DNA from: Paraspadella gotoi
Lineage: Eukaryota > Animalia > Chaetognatha
Assembly: GCA_051294375.1 (NCBI GenBank)
Contig: JBJCIZ010000744.1
Location: forward strand, 148,206-212,205
Direction of reading: 5' to 3'
Length of the DNA stretch: 64,000 bases
In this document: positions 14,164 to 26,191 of the stretch, in pieces
Numbering within the stretch: the stretch's first letter is position 1
How the letters are laid out: each line of letters starts with the position of its first letter
The notes under the pieces: generated by a model
What the model saw: the letters and a program-made list of their open reading frames with translations, nothing else
What the model was told of the DNA's origin: nothing
Database searches by the model: none
Translations under genes and position numbers: made by a program

Positions 14164-16612
14164 ATTCATTTTAATACAATTATTCGAATTGCTCATTTGT
14201 TTTAGAGAACCGCAGCGCCAACCGCCTTCAACGGCCGCTTCGCGAACTAACGAAGTCGATCGAGTTTTCGTCGAAACGCGCAACTGCGTCTTTACTCATC
14301 TCATTTCCGGAAGCGAACTTACCTTTTTAATCTCCGACCCTACTTTTTCTATTCCCTCATTCGTTTTCGATTTTCGCCATGTCCCTCTGGATCCCGCCAG
14401 CTGCAAACTCTCTCTCCTCAGCCCCCTATCCAACGACAGCCCCACCGGCTGCATTCAACCCCCGACAGACCCAGTTCCTGCCGCGTCTGCTGCTCCTTCC
14501 CACGGATCGTTCCCACCTTCCTTTCCCTCAATTTGCGTATAAAACGCATTTATGTTTCCGGAATCAAGACGCAACGTATTTAACTTCGCCGAGCGCCATT
14601 TCGCACGGCGGTCGGCGCTGCGCCTTGCCTCCTCGCTCCCAGACCGTCCCATCTTACTCACATTCTTGAATAAGATGTTCTTTTTGTTTGACGTTTGTTT
14701 TGAAAACGTAGATTACGGATTTGAAATCGCTACATATTGGATCTTATTGGGGCCATATTTTGGGTGTTTTAGCTTAAATTCAAAATTAAGCCTGTGTTTT
14801 TGGTTTAGTTCTCAGAGATTAGGTTACGTTAAAGATTGGGTTTGAGATTAGAGTTTTGGATTAGGCTTTAGAGTTAAGATAAGGTTAGAATACAGAGTTA
14901 CAGAAAACGGGCGGTTTCGGTAAATAGTTCCCGTATAAATTTTATCACTGAGACGAGGAGTTGGAATCATAATCGTAGAGAGACAATCCCTCAAGATGAG
15001 GCTAAAGTTGAAGCGGCCTATCGCTTCAAATGCTGAAGATGTAGTCATCAGGAGAGTGTAATTTCCAGTAGGAATTAACTTTAAAAAAGGAAGCGATTAA
15101 TTATTAATTCATACAAATATATATACATATTTCTCCCCTCTTTTCAATTTTCTGCTCCAATCTGTTCTNNNNNNNNNNNNNNNNNNNNNNNNNNNNNNNN
15201 NNNNNNNNNNNNNNNNNNNNNNNNNNNNNNNNNNNNNNNNNNNNNNNNNNNNNNNNNNNNNNNNNNNNNNNNNNNNNNNNNNNNNNNNNNNNNNNNNNNN
15301 NNNNNNNNNNNNNNNNNNNNNNNNNNNNNNNNNNNNNNNNNNNNNNNNNNNNNNNNNNNNNNNNNNNNNNNNNNNNNNNNNNNNNNNNNNNNNNNNNNNN
15401 NNNNNNNNNNNNNNNNNNNNNNNNNNNNNNNNNNNNNNNNNNNNNNNNNNNNNNNNNNNNNNNNNNNNNNNNNNNNNNNNNNNNNNNNNNNNNNNNNNNN
15501 NNNNNNNNNNNNNNNNNNNNNNNNNNNNNNNNNNNNNNNNNNNNNNNNNNNNNNNNNNNNNNNNNNNNNNNNNNNNNNNNNNNNNNNNNNNNNNNNNNNN
15601 NNNNNNNNNNNNNNNNNNNNNNNNNNNNNNNNNNNNNNNNNNNNNNNNNNNNNNNNNNNNNNNNNNNNNNNNNNNNNNNNNNNNNNNNNNNNNNNNNNNN
15701 NNNNNNNNNNNNNNNNNNNNNNNNNNNNNNNNNNNNNNNNNNNNNNNNNNNNNNNNNNNNNNNNNNNNNNNNNNNNNNNNNNNNNNNNNNNNNNNNNNNN
15801 NNNNNNNNNNNGGGGGAAATTATATTGGGGGTTTGGTTAGAGATAAGGGTTGGTAAGAGAAAAGTTATGGAATGAGGAAATCAAGGAGACGGTAAAAGGT
15901 TGGATAAAGACTTAGATTAAAACGATAAAGATAAGTAAATAATAAATATTCATACGAAAATAGTAAAGGGAGAACTGGATACTTAGAAATGTCTGCGCTG
16001 TGAATTTAAAAAAAAACGGAGAAAAATATTAAGTAAGATTTAGAGAAATTTGTGAATTTTGATGAGAAAAGAAAAGAAATTTGTAAGTTTTCGTAGAACG
16101 TGACTGAGTAAATGGAGAAAGTTTCCTTAAAAAGAAAATTAATCTAGTATGAAAGTTGGGCTTTTCTGTTTTAGCTCGTACTCAAGAATTGACATGAAGT
16201 TGGTATTTGGGTTAAAATTAAAATTAAAAATTTAATAATAATTTATATAATTAATAATAATACGAAATATAAAATGCAAAAATTTGCAGCGTTATTTAAA
16301 AAAAAGTTAAAAATGAAATGTGAAATACGAAGCGTGAGAAGGATATTAATAAATAAACATCAGTAAGCAATATAAATGATAAGAAAGATTAAAATAATTA
16401 AAAACAGCATAATTGTATTTTTAACGAAGACCAAAAAAATATATTAGTAAGAAAAAGATAGGTTAAAAAGAGAAGTAAAGAAAGAGATTTCTTCTCTTTC
16501 TGGATGGAGAACAGAAGAGATGAAAAAAAAATATATGTGCGGATAACCGAGTTTTTGGAGGAGAGCCAAAGTGAAGGGAAGGCGAGGAGACAAAGGGAAT
16601 GAGGAAGAAGAA

Positions 16613-16670
<58 letters not shown>

Positions 16671-17674
16671 TTATTTAGACAATGTACAAGTACGAGTGGA
16701 GGAAGCGAGGAAAGGGAGGAAAGAAAAGAAAAAGCGAGAGTCCGACAAAACTATGAAGAGACGAGAAGTAGCGCGGGGCTTTTCTATTTTAAGGGGCAGG
16801 GATGATTGTAAGGGGCTGTGCCCGAGCGGCTCAAGGAGATCGGTCGGGTTGAGGCTGAGGAAGGGGGGCGTAAGAGAGGCAGTGGGGGCCCTGGGCGGAG
16901 AGGATCCAACAATGGGCGCATTTTTTCGACGTCGCCGGCCGCACGAATGAAAATTAATTGTTTCAGACGGTTTCTTGGGCAACCGGCGCCAAACGCAGCC
17001 TCCCCGAAGCCGCCGCGGTTCGGCGGCGGCGGAGCGAACGCGCAGCAGCTGGCGCGGACGAGGGTCTGATTTAGAAAGTGGAAATATGTCCGCGTCTCGG
17101 TTGGTGAAGGGGGGCGGAGGTGGGGGGAGTGATGGGGGATGGAATGGGTAAGGAAGAAATGAGGATCTCAGAAAACGATTTATCTGGGCGAGGGTAAGGC
17201 AAATTTAAGTTTCGGTAAAAAAAATTCAAAAAAACTTATTTGAAAATTATACTAATTAAATGAACTGTATTTTATTTGAAGTTTTTTTTTTTTAAAGATC
17301 TCAAAACAATAGGGAACAAGTAAAGAAATAGTACAACATAAAATTGACACTATTGCCATTATTTGACAAAGAGTATTTTCAGTCCAACGTCCGTTCCATG
17401 AAAGCGCTTACTCCCTTCTTTGCGCGCACGCAAGATATCTAGTTCGCGCGCAGCGGTGAAAACGCACGCTAGACGCGCCGGCCATCTTNNNNNNNNNNNN
17501 NNNNNNNNNNNNNTCATTTCGAGTTAAACTTTCCTTTTTTTTCGTTCAAAAAAAAAAAAAAGAGAAAAAGTAAGAAATCCCATTAACTGATGTTTACTTT
17601 CCCGTGTTTACTTTTTTCACCATATCTTCTTCCTTTTGTCGCAAGGAAATGTCTTCTGCCTCCGTTACTCCGTG

Positions 17675-17743
<69 letters not shown>

Positions 17744-18689
17744 CTGCCCGGTTAATCTCCCCGAATCACCGGCCTTACCCTCTTCCAAGACGCCCATCCC
17801 TCCTCACCCTTGCAGTTTTTAAAATCTTGCCACACTTTTTTTTCGCCAGATTCATGTTTTTCGCCACTCTTTTGTTAAGGCGAGATCACCGACAAACAAA
17901 ACCAAAACTAAATAAAACAAAACCAAAACCAAAACAAAACAAAACCCGTGATCCAATATTTTTCGCAGAAGAACTCTAGAATTATCCAATTACCGTTATT
18001 TACCTTCATTCAAAATTGTAATTAAATGATATTCACCGTTTTTTTAACAGTTTCATTAGGAAACATTAGCTACTTCACTTGAATGAAGCGCTAAAGTTGA
18101 CTGAAGATGACCATCCGCAACTTCTTTAACTCCTCAAGCAGATATGGAACGGGTCCTGGACATTGTCCAGTGGACAATGTTCACTTGTCCAGTGACATCG
18201 AACCATGCTAGGCGATTTATTCTCTGAGCCACTGGGTCACGACTGATAGGCGAAGTGAACTTGTAGCAATTCCCGATTGCACAATCGTCAATAGTCATGA
18301 AGCTTCGATTTTCTAACCAACTGTCTCGACGCTTTGGTTAAGAATTTTTTTTTTTTTTCAAACGCCACATTTTTGTAAAGACTTAAATAATTTCGCTCAT
18401 GAATATCAAATTTCTTTCTTTTTTTTTTTTTCCGAAAAACGCTAATCATCCGTCGGGCCTTTTTGTTTCTCTCTACCACTCGATTCCCCCGCCCTCCCGA
18501 AAACGATCGAAGCGCCCCTCTCTATTCTTCTTCGACGGCCACGCTGCCCCATGGCCCCGCCGAACGAGAGGACGCCGTTCATATTGTCTTCGAATCCGCC
18601 TCTGGGTTTTTTTGGAGGCGAAGCCACTCTCCCCCTTCACTTTTCACCCAAAAGGGAAAAAAAATTAGTCAAAATCTTTTTTTTCGAGT

Positions 18690-18965
18690 TGTCACTATAC
18701 TCTAGCTACGAGATAGTTTTCTGACGAATTCTCTTGGCCTATAAAAACACAGGGGTTTGTAATATCTATTGTAATATATATAAGGTAAACAAATACAAAA
18801 TAACACCCAAAGAGAAACGTTTCCTTCGGAGCCACGGCTAAAACTACCAAGATTTCGCGACAGAATCGACGAAGTACAATTGTTTACATTTTACAAGAAA
18901 GAAAAGTGGTCATTTCTAAAACACTGGGCCGAGATTTCTTTGGGTTGCACCAGAGTATTCTGACA
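18690..18965 (-). repeat. 3' LTR (276 bp) of the 7.5 kb element
   Basis: Perfect 5-bp inverted termini TGTCA/TGACA with an adjacent purine tract. Its terminal 21 bp are identical to 26192-26212, next to the PBS. Confidence 0.8.
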
Positions 18966-21178
18966 CCGCCTCCTAAAATATAATTAATTAAGTACTATTA
19001 ATTATTCAAAAGAAAACGAAAAGAAATGGAGGACGGAGCAAAACAAAATACTAAACAATACACGTGGCTCAGGAGAAAAAGATAAATGCACTAATAATTA
19101 GGATTAAACAAGTTGGATAAATGTGCTAAATAGTTATAACACTAAAAAAAGAGACGCGTCATAAAAACAGTTCTGCAGAATAAGCGGCAAAGCAAAGTAA
19201 ATAGCAATATCAATAAATGATCAATCAAAACCAATATTTGGCAACTCAAATGTGAAACAAAAACTAAAAATGTTTACATATTTCCTTGGCAACCTCAGCC
19301 TACTCTGACGGACGTACGTAACGCCATTGTTTAGCTTAGAAACGGATTCTGAATATGATTAGACTCAACTTAATAGCTGGCTAATAACTCGAATTAATTT
19401 CAAAAACTGTTGCTACTAATCTATCCAAACTCATATTGATGCAAAAAAAGTCTTATAAAATATTTCTTTATCAAGTGTGCAATTACACCAACTATGGGAT
19501 CCTCGACATGGTTTCGCATCCTCATCTTGTTGTGAATCGCCAATGGCACCACCGGCATCTATGGTGCTTCCTGAAGCTTAAAAATTAATTAAGTGATTGA
19601 GATTGATTGATCAATTACAATATCAATAAAATATAAAAATAAGTAGTTGATATTGAATGATCGAAAAATATATCAATAAAACTTTAAGAAGATAAGTGAT
19701 TGATAATAATTATGACATATTTGATTAGCTTTTACTTGTCGTTGCTAAAAACAATAATGTGACGAATCAGTCCCGCACATTCTAATGCGGAAGTCACCAA
19801 TTTCAACCGTATCGGTGATTAGATTTCTTTAATATGAGTGAATCATCACGGATAGGAATGCAATTTAATTCTTACTGTAAATGAATAGACAACTAACAAA
19901 TTAACCTTATTAATTAAATTATTAACTTTGCATTCCCATGATTATTACTTAGCCGTCACATAAAATAACGTTGATCAATCGTCTAAATGGACCTTTTCTC
20001 GTAACCTTTGACTTTTGACCTTGGTCACCAGGAGGTCAGCGCCGCCTGTATTAAGATGTGTTCAGTCTCTCACTATGAGCTGAATATTTTGCAAGTTATA
20101 ATCATTGCAAGATTCTGGTACAACGCAATTCAAGTATTTTTTCAAAATTTTTAACATGTCACACTCCATCCTGTCCCTCTTTCAAAAAAATTAATGCATC
20201 AAAAAAAATATCATTATTTAATTATTATCATCAATACAGTTACTTTATCAATATAACTGACATTTTAATTTATTATTCCCTTAACATTGTTATTAACATT
20301 ATGAATAACAAATTAAATTTGGAAAAGTAACTGCATTTCTTATTTATTCATGATAAAATTGTAAAAATTTTCTTTCTTTTACAAAAGACAAGACAACAAC
20401 AACGCGTGCAAGGCGTGAAGAGTATACATGAAAAGCAACGTGAGGGATGTGCAGCATATAACAGGAAAAGCACAAAAACATTTGTTAAAACAAATATTTT
20501 ATCATCTTAACATTCATTTAAAAGTAATCCATAAAATTTATTTAATCTACGAGTTGTAGTTTTTATTTAATCCAAAATATTCTCCATATAACTTTTAATA
20601 AAATTGAAAATACGTGATACCATAGCTGGATCCTGTATCCAGAGTTTCCTTTTTGTATTAATGGAGAGACGAATTTTAATCGTGAGTTTCAAACAAGGTG
20701 ACAGTTCTATGTCAACATACTCGTAACATGTACATTGTTCTAATCCTGCGCAGGGCTTATACCTCTTTTACAAAACCTGTGGCCCACACTTCTGTGAGCT
20801 TGTAGCGCGCTATCTCGCGGCGAGTGTGGATTTGAGCGAGTGTGGATCCTGGAACTGTGGGATTCCTTAAAGAGAAAACATTAGGAAAACAAAACGAAAG
20901 AAATGTTGCTTATTGTTCAAGTAAAATGAAAATTTAATTTTCCAATTAATCACTCACTACCCCTCCACAAAAATTTTCATTATCGTCACTCCCAACCATG
21001 ACGAAACAAGTTTCCCTTGCATACGGTAGAAATGGCAAGTTTTAATCTTTCCTTAACCAGTCTATTCATCCCTGGTGTGTAATACTTCAGAGCAATCAAT
21101 TTAAACGTAGTCTGGGCCGAACAGTGTCCATATCATGTCTCCCAGATGACTTCAAAACAGGAAGTCTTTGTCAATCAG

Positions 21179-21290
21179 AACCAGAAAATGTGGAGAATCC
21201 CTTTCTCTCACAAAAATTCTGTAAATAATATCTGTTCGTTCCAGAAAATGTGGAGAATACCTTTCTCTCACAAAAATTCTGTAAATTATA
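21179..21290 (+). repeat. 60-bp tandem duplication (2 copies)
   Basis: CCAGAAAATGTGGAGAAT.CCTTTCTCTCACAAAAATTCTGTAAAT occurs at 21181 and 21241. Confidence 0.9.
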
Positions 21291-22059
21291 CCTTGTTCAT
21301 TCATCTTAAATAGAGAAATATGCCTTAGCACAGTAAGTTTAACGAATCTAGTAACAGACATTCATTCTTGTCTGGCGTAGTAGACGGATCAGAGATCCAT
21401 AACTTCCACTTAACAATGGAAGGGGATTCTGCTTGTAACACTTTTATCTTGTAAGAAACGGGTCCGGCGTTCAGGCAACTGGATATCCTTATATTCATCT
21501 GTAATCTCTAAAACCTTTGTCCCGCTGAGGATCTCCTCAGAAGACGAAATGAGCGCTTTTTCTTTATCATCATGCGCATTAGAAGAAATTTGATTGGGAG
21601 GATTTTTATAAAGATGCAAATGCAGTAAATCACAACAGCAAGTGCAGTGAGAATCACCTGTGCGGTCATATACACACAGGTATAAGAGACGCATTTTGAG
21701 CGTAGATTTGGACCTTTCATTTTGAGTCGAGTTTTACGTCTAGCTAGACGCCCGATTTTAACATCACCACCGGTAGGTTAGATTCGGCATACAACCCAGA
21801 GGGTTGGTCCGCCTGGACACTCGCCCAGTGGTAGCCTCAGTCGTAGACACCCCCAAAATAGATTCTGAATTTTCCAAACTTATATCTACATTTTAAGTTT
21901 GCCAAGGGGCCCTTTTACCCGCCTCAAAGTACCTATTCATGACTTTCTCTTGTTACTAGAGAAAAGACTTGAAAGTGAACAATACCACCATGAGATTTAT
22001 ATATGACTAGGTTACAAAAACATTCCCAGCAGTGGTTGCATCGCTAAGCACCTCATCTC

Positions 22060-22390
22060 TGGGCAACTACCTTGTTAGCTGATCCGCAGCATTCAAAAAC
22101 GAAGGAATAAACGGACTGGTATATCAAAATCTTAGAGAAGTGCTGTAACAAGTTCATTCTCTTTTCATCAGACAGAGCTTCTTTCTGAGCATCCGTCAAT
22201 AAAACATAATCATCACCTTCAATAGGGGGCACGAAGTACCCCAGTCCTATTATTATATATTATCTATTGTTAATTTTTACACAATTTTCCCAACAATGAC
22301 TTTAAACTAATTATGTCCGTGGGTGGTATAAGATCACGCAAATTCCGACTTTGAGAAAGGAGAGTTTTAGAAACAACAGGTTGCATCTAC
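22060..22390 (-). pseudogene. Decayed Gypsy pol fragment (RT thumb/connection and RNase H)
   Basis: Manual translation across frameshifts gives RNLRDLIPPTDIISLKSLLGKL (cf. I..mppP....LRSFLG), LGYFVPPIEGDDYVLLTDAQKEALS (cf. L.yf.p....f.l.TDAS..alG) and FIPSFLNAADQLTR (cf. yIPG..N.AD.LSR). Confidence 0.65.
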
Positions 22391-22599
22391 TTGTGTTTAG
22401 TAAATTTCGCAAAGTGAATTATGATGTCATAATGGTTGTACCAATTCATAGTATAATCCTATGTATATATCACATATTGGATTAGGATATTCTAACATTT
22501 TATCATTTATTAGTATATTTAATACTAAATTATCATTTACATACTTAATATATTAAAGTTATTTATCATACATAGTTAAGCATTGAGATGTTTTAATGT

Positions 22600-23670
22600 A
22601 ACAGAACAACTATGTAATATACAAGGTAACACTCTAAATTAGTTGCCCTATCCTATTTTAATTTAACAGTTTAAATATTTAAAATTTTAAGATATAATTG
22701 TTTTTAGTTTATATAGTTAAACCTTCACCTTTCACCCATCTTCCAAAATCAACATTTTATTCTTAAAATTTTAGAATATAAAACTATCTTCCACCAACAT
22801 TAGAAAAAGTATGATAGAATCACCTATTTATAACCAATCACTTAATGAAAACAGAAAGAGTTCATCCAAATAAAATTGAATGAATTCAATAAAATTCATA
22901 GCAAAATTAATGATGCCAGTTTACCCTTAATAATGTTCATCTTTTCCATATTTCCAAACCATAAACACATACATTAATATACTATATTATATAAAAATAA
23001 TTTTATATAAGAATTCGAATAAACACATTTTATTCACTAACCATTTTATAATTTCACCCTGTATTCATTAAGGCGGATCAAAATTTGATCACTTCTTCTG
23101 AATGTATAATTCAACTGTCTATCAGTATACTTAATTAATATTACTATTATTTCTTTTAATATTAAACCCCAAAGCATTAAATATTAATCAAAGCATAGGT
23201 AATGAAGATTTGATCTCTTCCAAAAAAATCTTATTATAGAATAAAGAATTTACTTTTATATAAATATAATTAACTTCCAATATATAAAAAATAGATTAAA
23301 ATTTAATTTTAATATTTATTCTTAAGACCAGTAATAAACTTATAGATAGTATAATAAACAAGTAATCTTGTCAAGATTAAAAATCTTTATATAATTATAT
23401 TACTAATATATAATTACATAGTTCAAAATTATTTTATTTTTAAATAATATCCCAATCTATTACTATAGAATAAAATAATTATATATAAAATGATTTTAAA
23501 ATATATAATGTTAAAATCGCATGTTCTAAACATAACTCACAACTGGTAAAGCTTAGCTTTATAATAATTGTCAAATTGTCTAACTCAAACTACATTCTTT
23601 CTAGGCCATATTGCTATTACCTATTACCATTTTTATCCTTCAAAATGTAACATCACTTAATACGTTTCAC
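22600..23670 (+). pseudogene. Very old, AT-eroded non-LTR (CR1/L2-like) reverse-transcriptase relic
   Basis: Correctly ordered degenerate motifs: P.L-KKYDR...Y.PI.L (~22795-22845, cf. PIfKKGDr...NYRPISL), KAL (~23171, cf. KAFD), YI-NDFKIY (~23481-23506, cf. YADD.KIY after GC>AT changes) and LPF-YPSKC (~23622-23648, cf. W.L.FN.SKC). Many stops and frameshifts. Confidence 0.4.
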
Positions 23671-24349
23671 CTTACAATACCGGGTGCCAAAAAATTTTAA
23701 AATAGATCATTAAAGTTGCGCGTTTTTAAAACAGCCCTACTAGTGACATATGATATTATCGCATTTTAATGACATGTAATGATTCCGTTAAAGTCATTTA
23801 AACTTTAAAGTCATAAAAAAATATTTCCAGGCACTCTGCACTGATCCCAGGGAAAAGGGCGGCGTTGCGGCGCCCGCCGCGCTCGCCGCTTTCTCACGAT
23901 CGGCGGAAAGAAGTCGTCGTCGTATTTCTTTTCCAGCTGTCTTTCAGACTGCAGCTGCTGCTGCTGCTTTCGATCCAGAAAGAGAGACGTAACTTTTCCT
24001 TTGACCGTTGCTCGTCAGCTGCTTTCTTTTCAGACGAAGAGAAGAGACCAAAGACTGCTGCTGTGATCCATGCACAGCAAAGTCGTCGATCCTTGCCGCT
24101 GCTGCTGATTGCTGCGCACCGGTTCCGTTCGTGAGCCTGGGAACTGAATCTTGGTGGTCGGCGAAGCCCGGCTGTTCGTCGCCGGGTCGGTTGCGACTTT
24201 TTTCCAGACGTAGAAGGACGATGCGTTGCAAACCCGTGAGAAACGTGTGTCGAGAGCGTGAGGAGTTGAGGAGATGACATCCACCTTGAGGAAGTCCAGG
24301 TGGTGGAGAAGGCGACAGGTTTCTTTGTTTTCATTTTGCAGAAATTGAG

Positions 24350-24462
24350 AGTTTGAGAGACGAGAGTTGAGAGTGAGATAGAGAGTTGAGAGTTGAGAAT
24401 AGAGAGTTGAGAGTTGAGAATAAAGAGTTGAGAGTTGAAAATCGAGAATCGAGAATCGAGAA
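24350..24462 (+). repeat. (GAGAGTT)n/(GAGAATC)n heptamer array
   Basis: Directly visible; it produces the NSQL repeats in ORF 23894-24610. Confidence 0.85.
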
Positions 24463-26179
24463 TACAGAAAAGATGTGAAGACGAAAAGTTCATTTTGGTT
24501 AAGTTTAGTTTAATTCTTTCCTTTTTTTCATTTTCTTGTTCTTGTTGTTCCAAAAACAAATGCAGAATTAGATGATCGTTGTCGTCGTCGTTGTCTTCAA
24601 AAGATTCCATTCATCTCATACCCCGTTCTCGTGAAAAAAAGGAGTCTGAACATCTTGAATCTTGTATATTCTTCTTAAACTTGAAAGCGTGAGCTTCTTT
24701 TCATAGAATCACGAAATCATGTCAATTTTAACGGTCATTGCCGATGTTAAACAATAAAGGCCATCGTCGATGCATCGAATGTCGCGAGTCGTTTATCGTT
24801 ACGACTTCTGCGTCGATGCATCCGTCGAATTTTAAACAAGAATAACGACGTAGATAGACTGAACGCACGATGCGTGCATCGGAATCTCATTGAGTCGCGT
24901 TAAGCGTCGAAAATTAGTCCAAACGATCGTGTACTGGAATTTTATTTAGAAAAGATTTGTTTATTTACTCTTTGTTTAGAATTCAATATCGCAAAGAAGA
25001 CAGTTTAAACGGTTGTTCAACTAATTTCGATCAATGAAAATTAGTTTAAATATCAGATTCGTGGGAAAATTGGTTCGACGATGAAAGTCACAGGATTGAA
25101 ACTGGCGTCGATATCCTCTCATCAACCGTAGAAGACAGATTCCATAAGACAGTGAATTCGTATCATTATGAAACGCGAATGTCAAATGACTTTCCAACGA
25201 AAAATAAAATGCTTCCATCGATCGAGACGTACCATTTTCGCCTTTGTTTTAACTGAAAGTTCAAACTTTAGATCCTTAAAATAATTCACATCCATTGAAA
25301 CGCTCTTCCACCCCACGTTTAAACGAGAAAATCGCCGCTATGAAGCTCCGGCAAAGAAAAACTAAGCGTGAAAAGGCGTTAGTTTCAGAATTTCCGGCCG
25401 TCGCGCGTCGTTCGCGTTTAAAAGAAAGTTTGACGTCGAGGCTCCGGCAAGAGAGAATTCACTCGTAAAATACGGGTCGAAATTCTTCGAAAAGCGGAGG
25501 CGACGTATCGTGAGAGGAGAAGTCTAGAAAAAAAATAAGGAAATCATTATTTCGTCGGCAAACGAGGCAAAATCTCGAGCGTTATAACAAATAGAGAGAC
25601 GTTCGCCGCGAAACACCGTCCACAAATCAAGTTGATCAAAAAAAATCCAAAAATCGTTGCTATCCCGGCAAGAAGAAATGCGAAAATTCGCAAGCTTCAA
25701 AATCTCCAGGCGACAAAAAAATTATTCTCGAAGTGACGGAGAGCGACAACGTTTAGTAACATTAGACAGTCCGTTTTAAAATATTGGAGCCTTCGGAACC
25801 CTCCGGAAACGTGTAAAAAAAATAATAAAAAAATCGAAAAGTCAATATTTATTTAAAAAAATATTTCTGCCCCTACATTCGACAAACGTCATATTATAGC
25901 GACGAAGAGAAAATTTTTTATAGCGCACTCTCGTCGATATGCAGGGAAACCAGGTTATCCTCTAACCTAATTATTTTTTCATACGGATTAACGTCTACGT
26001 CGACGTCGCTTCACGTGAAGCGAAGGTCGAGTTTAACATCTACACGCGCAGATGTGAGACTTTACCCGGGGAATACCCACTTAATTACTTATAATTATCA
26101 CTTAAATATACATATAAATATCACACACCCCACCCACTTAAGTAGCGTAGCGCACAGAAACGTGGCGGACCGAACAAAG

Positions 26180-26191
26180 CCGATGCCACCA
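26180..26191 (-). promoter_or_regulatory. Primer-binding site, tRNA-Leu-like
   Basis: TGGTGGCATCGG directly follows the LTR end TGACA. It matches 11/12 positions of the recalled eukaryotic tRNA-Leu(AAG/TAG) PBS TGGTGGCAGCGG. Confidence 0.7.

Noticed and set aside
14810-14935. Telomere-like TTAGG-type repeats
   Set aside because: Short, degenerate and internal; no matching partner terminus was found to call a MITE.
22400-23700. Minus-strand reading resembling a Polinton DNA polymerase (YILEV, LG...YI) or an alternative genetic code
   Set aside because: Key motifs (FGK, YTDTDS) are absent, all three stop codons occur, and plus-strand LINE motifs fit better.
23894-24610. 238-aa ORF as an intact gag or host gene
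   Set aside because: No recognisable motif and partly built from a heptamer repeat; at most a gag remnant.
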